From contig NC_008340.1 in NCBI RefSeq assembly GCF_000014785.1, forward strand, positions 2,070,001 through 2,102,000: a stretch of 32,000 nt of DNA, written 5' to 3'. Under the pieces are notes generated by a model. The model saw only the letters and a program-made list of their open reading frames with translations, did no database searches and had not been told where the DNA came from. Below, piece by piece: positions 25,116 through 32,000 of this stretch (position 1 is its first letter; each line of letters opens with the position of its first letter). The position numbers and the translations under genes are program-made. Source of the stretch: Alkalilimnicola ehrlichii MLHE-1. Its GTDB lineage: Bacteria > Pseudomonadota > Gammaproteobacteria > Nitrococcales > Halorhodospiraceae.

Positions 25116-25590
25116 CCCGGGCGATCAGCACCACCGCCATGGCGGCAATGCCCTCGCCCCGGCCCGGAAACCCCATGCGCTCGGTGGTGGTCGCCTTGAC
25201 GTTTACCGCCGAAGGCGCCACCTCGAGGTCGGCGGCCAGATGGTCGCGCATGGCCCCCACATGGGGGTTCATGCGGGGTGCCTGGGCGATCAGGGTGGCG
25301 TCGACGTTCACCACGCGCCAGCCACCGGCCCGGACCCGCTGCAGCGCGTCGCGCAGCAGGATCCGGCTGTCGATGCCTTTATAGGCATCGTCTGAGTCGG
25401 GAAAGTGGGTGCCCAGATCGCCCTCACCGGCCGCACCCAGGAGCCCATCGGTGACCGCGTGCATCAGCACGTCGCCGTCGGAGTGGGCCGCCAGCCCACG
25501 CTCATGGGGGACCTGCACCCCACCCAGGATCAGGGGGGTGCCGGGCTCGCCGAACCGGTGGGCATCAAAGCCCTGTCCTACCCGGATCAT
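25096..25590 (-). CDS. ispF: 2-C-methyl-D-erythritol 2,4-cyclodiphosphate synthase
   Basis: The ATG at 25590 gives 'MIRVGQGFDAHRF...GHSDGDVLMHA...', 164 aa, with the canonical IspF Zn-binding motifs. The upstream extension in the track ORF was rejected. Confidence 0.95.
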   Translation of the reverse strand: MIRVGQGFDAHRFGEPGTPLILGGVQVPHERGLAAHSDGDVLMHAVTDGLLGAAGEGDLGTHFPDSDDAYKGIDSRILLRDALQRVRAGGWRVVNVDATLIAQAPRMNPHVGAMRDHLAADLEVAPSAVNVKATTTERMGFPGRGEGIAAMAVVLIARDGFFEH

Positions 25591-25639
25591 GTCTGTCTGC
25601 CTCCGCGCCTTGAGTCCATGTCGCCGACCAGGGGGGGGG

Positions 25640-26347
25640 TCAGGCGCCGGTCCCGCCCTGGGCGACCAGGATGGCCTCCGCAAGGGCCAGGTCCGCCGGG
25701 CGGGTGATCTTGATGTTGGTGGCCTCGCCCGGGATCAGGCGCGGGCGCCCGCCCACCGCCTCCATGGCCGAGGCATCGTCGGTGATGGTGAGTCCGGCCT
25801 CGCCGGCCTTCGCCAGCGCCTCGCGCAATGCCATCACCGGAAAGAGCTGAGGGGTCAGGGCGTGCCACAGCCCCTCGCGGTCCACGGTGCGGGCCACGTG
25901 GCCGTCACCGTCGTCCCTCTTGAGGGTGTCGCGCACCGGAAAGGCGAGCAAGCCGCCGCGCTCGTCCCGGGCGCGGTCAATCAGCCGCTCCAGCTCCGCC
26001 ATCCCGACACAGGGCCGCACCGCGTCATGCACCAGGGCATAGTCCCGTGTGCCCCCCTGTTCGGCGAGCCAATGCAGAACGGATTGGACCGAATCGCTGC
26101 GTTCCGCCCCACCCGGCACCCGGTGCACGGGTTTCCGGTGTCGGTAGCCCAGGGCATCCCAGTGGTTATCCTCGGGGGAGAGGGCCACCACGGCGCCGTG
26201 CACGGCCGGCAGTGCCAGCAGTCGATCCAGGGTCCGGGCGATCACCGGACGCCCGGCCAGCGGCAGGTACTGTTTGGGCAGCGGTCCGCCCATACGCCGG
26301 CCGACACCGGCCGCCGGCAGGACCGCCCAGATCCGTGGTTCACTCAC
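25640..26347 (-). CDS. ispD: 2-C-methyl-D-erythritol 4-phosphate cytidylyltransferase
   Basis: 235 aa. 'WAVLPAAGVGRRMG' is the P-loop-like motif, with 'VLVHDAVRPC' and 'ITDDASAME'. The GTG start overlaps the ftsB stop (GTGA). Confidence 0.93.
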   Translation of the reverse strand: MSEPRIWAVLPAAGVGRRMGGPLPKQYLPLAGRPVIARTLDRLLALPAVHGAVVALSPEDNHWDALGYRHRKPVHRVPGGAERSDSVQSVLHWLAEQGGTRDYALVHDAVRPCVGMAELERLIDRARDERGGLLAFPVRDTLKRDDGDGHVARTVDREGLWHALTPQLFPVMALREALAKAGEAGLTITDDASAMEAVGGRPRLIPGEATNIKITRPADLALAEAILVAQGGTGA

Positions 26348-26631
26348 CGGGCGTCATCCTCCCGTTCAATGATCTGATAAAAGGTCTCGCCCTCGCGGAT
26401 CATACCCAGCTCGCTGCGGGCCCGCTCCTCCAGCGCCTCCAGGCCGGTCTTGAGGTCGTTGACCTCGGCCTCCAGGGCCTGATTGCGCTGGCGCAGCCGG
26501 TCCACTTCCTCCCGCTGGGCCTCGACACTGCGGCTCAGCCCCCGGACGTCGTTCAGACCGCCCTCGCCGAACCAGAGCAGCCCCTGGAGCCACAGCAGCA
26601 GCGCGGTGAGACCGGCGAGCACCCAACGCAT
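26344..26631 (-). CDS. ftsB: cell division protein FtsB
   Basis: 95 aa. A TM helix is followed by a coiled coil ('QREEVDRLRQRNQALEAEVNDLK') and 'ELGMIREGETFYQI'. It sits between eno and ispD, as in other gammaproteobacteria. Confidence 0.9.
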   Translation of the reverse strand: MRWVLAGLTALLLWLQGLLWFGEGGLNDVRGLSRSVEAQREEVDRLRQRNQALEAEVNDLKTGLEALEERARSELGMIREGETFYQIIEREDDAR

Positions 26632-26658
26632 GAGGGTTCACGGGGCGCGCCCCGCGCG

Positions 26659-28834
<2,176 letters not shown>

Positions 28835-28887
28835 GGCTATCAGTCCCCTGTCACGTTGGTGCGAGTATTTTCAGCCCTGCCTGTACC

Positions 28888-30570
<1,683 letters not shown>

Positions 30571-30662
30571 TTAGCAGAAGGGGGGCCAATTCACAACGGA
30601 CACCGGCGCGCGCCCCTTCAGAGCGACCGCCGGCACCGGGGTACCGCCGGGGCGGTGGGTGG

Positions 30663-30806
30663 GGCGGCTGAGGGTCTGGCCGGCGGGCGGGGGTGTCCGT
30701 CACGGGGCGTCGGCGGCCAGGGATGGCCGCCGTCGAGCGTACAGGGATGTATTCACAGCGTCCCCGTGACGGACACCCCCGCCCGCCGGCCAGACCCTCA
30801 GCCGCC
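30663..30806. repeat. 144-bp element: two 45-bp perfect inverted repeats around a 54-bp core that carries its own hairpin (MITE-like or giant stem-loop)
   Basis: The left arm at 30663-30707 (ggcggctgagggtctggccggcgggcgggggtgtccgtcacgggg) is the exact reverse complement of 30762-30806. The inner stem is cggcggcca/tggccgccg. The right arm contains the tilS stop codon (30798-30800). Confidence 0.9.
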
Positions 30807-32000
30807 GTCAGGGCCATGCTCCTCGCAGATCAGGCGGTAGCCGGGCCTCGCCGTGAAGCGCTTGGCGGTACCCAGGTTGGCGATGGCGACCACCTCCTCG
30901 CCGCGGCGCAGAATCGGAACGCGGTCGCGCTCCCAGGGAGGGATCCCGGCCTCCTGAAAGCGCTTCGACAACGGACGGTGCCCCGGGTCGTGGGCCAACT
31001 GGCACCGCTCCCCGCGACGACGACGCCCCACGCTCAGGCCCTCGGCCCCGATCAATGACGGCGCAATACCCTCATCCGCGCGCACCAGGCGCAACACCCC
31101 CACACCGGGGACCACCAGCGGCACCCGCAGGTCCCACTCGCGATCTGGCCCGGGCCAGGGTGGCGGCCCACCGGCCGGGAGCCGGTGAATCCGGTCGCGG
31201 TAACGGCGCAGCTCCCCCTCCGGCCAGGTAAGCACCGGCTGCCGGTCCCGGCCGGCCCGGATCAGGTCGGCCAGCCCCTGCTCCAGGCGAGCGCGGGGGG
31301 GCGGCCGCAGGCCGGACATCAGCAGCCAGTGACGGACCAAGTTGCGAGCCCGCGCCGGACTGAGTCGGGCAAGGACAGAGACCGCCAGCCCCGGCCCCGG
31401 TGGGTGGCGGGCCAGGTCCTCCCCGGCCAGCTCACGCAGCAGGGCCTCCGCCTCGGCCTGCTCGCCGGCGGCGCGGCCGACGCGGCGACTGGCGTCGGGC
31501 CAGCGCTGCGTCAGCACCGGCCAGAGGGTGTGGCGCAGCCAGTTACGGTCGTGGGCGACGTGCGCGTTGCTGGGGTCCTCGACCCAGCACAGGGCGTGGG
31601 TGTCGCCGTAGGCGCGCAGCCGCTCGCGCGGCCAGGGGAGCAGCGGGCGCAAAAGCCGACCGCGCCCCAGCGGCCGCTGCGCGCGCATTCCGGCCAGGCC
31701 GCGGGGGCCGCTGCCGCGCAGCAGGTGCAGCAGGACGGTCTCCGCCTGGTCGTCGGCGTGATGGGCGGTGAGCAGGGCCTCGCCCGATTGCAGGTGCGAC
31801 GCCAGGGCAGCGTAGCGCGCCTGGCGGGCAGCGGCCTCCAGCCCCTCCCCGCTGTCGCGCCGGACCTCAACCGGCAGGACCAGGCAGTCCACCCCCAGGG
31901 CAGCGGCCTGCTGCCGGCAGTGCTCGGCCCAGGCATCGGCCTGCGGCTGCAACCCGTGGTGGATGTGCACCGCGCGCAACGGCAGCTCGCGGGCCGCGCT
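30798..32000 (-). CDS. tilS: tRNA(Ile)-lysidine synthase, lacking its N-terminal ~50 codons (gene runs off the right edge)
   Basis: 'LRAVHIHHGLQPQADAWAEHC' aligns with E. coli TilS '[21 protein letters not shown]'. 'LLTAHHADDQAETVLLHLLRGSG' and the C-terminal 'RRGERCQLA...PLSKRFQEAGIPPWERDRVPIL' are also present. The track's 'M' at 31979 is an internal TTG. The frame stays open to position 32000, and the PP-loop SGGxDS lies outside the window. Confidence 0.88.
   Translation of the reverse strand, partial: SAARELPLRAVHIHHGLQPQADAWAEHCRQQAAALGVDCLVLPVEVRRDSGEGLEAAARQARYAALASHLQSGEALLTAHHADDQAETVLLHLLRGSGPRGLAGMRAQRPLGRGRLLRPLLPWPRERLRAYGDTHALCWVEDPSNAHVAHDRNWLRHTLWPVLTQRWPDASRRVGRAAGEQAEAEALLRELAGEDLARHPPGPGLAVSVLARLSPARARNLVRHWLLMSGLRPPPRARLEQGLADLIRAGRDRQPVLTWPEGELRRYRDRIHRLPAGGPPPWPGPDREWDLRVPLVVPGVGVLRLVRADEGIAPSLIGAEGLSVGRRRRGERCQLAHDPGHRPLSKRFQEAGIPPWERDRVPILRRGEEVVAIANLGTAKRFTARPGYRLICEEHGPDGG

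Overview
GC-rich (by eye about two-thirds G+C) core-chromosome segment, most likely gammaproteobacterial. I call 33 CDS, 29 of them on the minus strand. Reading the minus strand from 32000 downward: tilS (partial) - [144-bp element with 45-bp perfect inverted repeats] - pyrG - kdsA - eno - ftsB - ispD - ispF - truD - [atypical LuxR-type regulator / LOV-like PAS histidine kinase / FixJ-type response regulator / PAS-GGDEF cyclase, plus a convergent smr gene] - surE - pcm - yqaA-like - nlpD - rpoS - (Mth938/DUF498 gene on +) - aminotransferase - hom - thrC - RpfE-like conserved protein - recJ - YugP-type Zn peptidase - [nine-copy 97-bp tandem array] - small membrane protein - [~500 bp with no credible ORF] - membrane protein/SCO1/PCuAC copper-chaperone operon - (thiD and lpxH on +) - gltX - cysS (partial). 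The backbone matches the tilS-pyrG-kdsA-eno-ftsB-ispD...ispF-truD-surE-pcm-nlpD-rpoS synteny known from E. coli and Pseudomonas. I recognised no rRNA, tRNA, true CRISPR, transposase, integrase, phage or defence genes. Three things the housekeeping genes do not explain: (1) a non-coding, hairpin-forming 97-bp x 9 tandem array at 5952-6880; (2) a ~5-kb signalling island between truD and surE, whose kinase has a LOV-type PAS domain without the photoactive cysteine and whose first regulator has a degenerate receiver with a four-Cys cluster; (3) a 144-bp perfect-inverted-repeat element overlapping the tilS stop codon. All functional calls rest on my own reading of the translated ORFs (motifs, family recollection, synteny). 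No database search was run.
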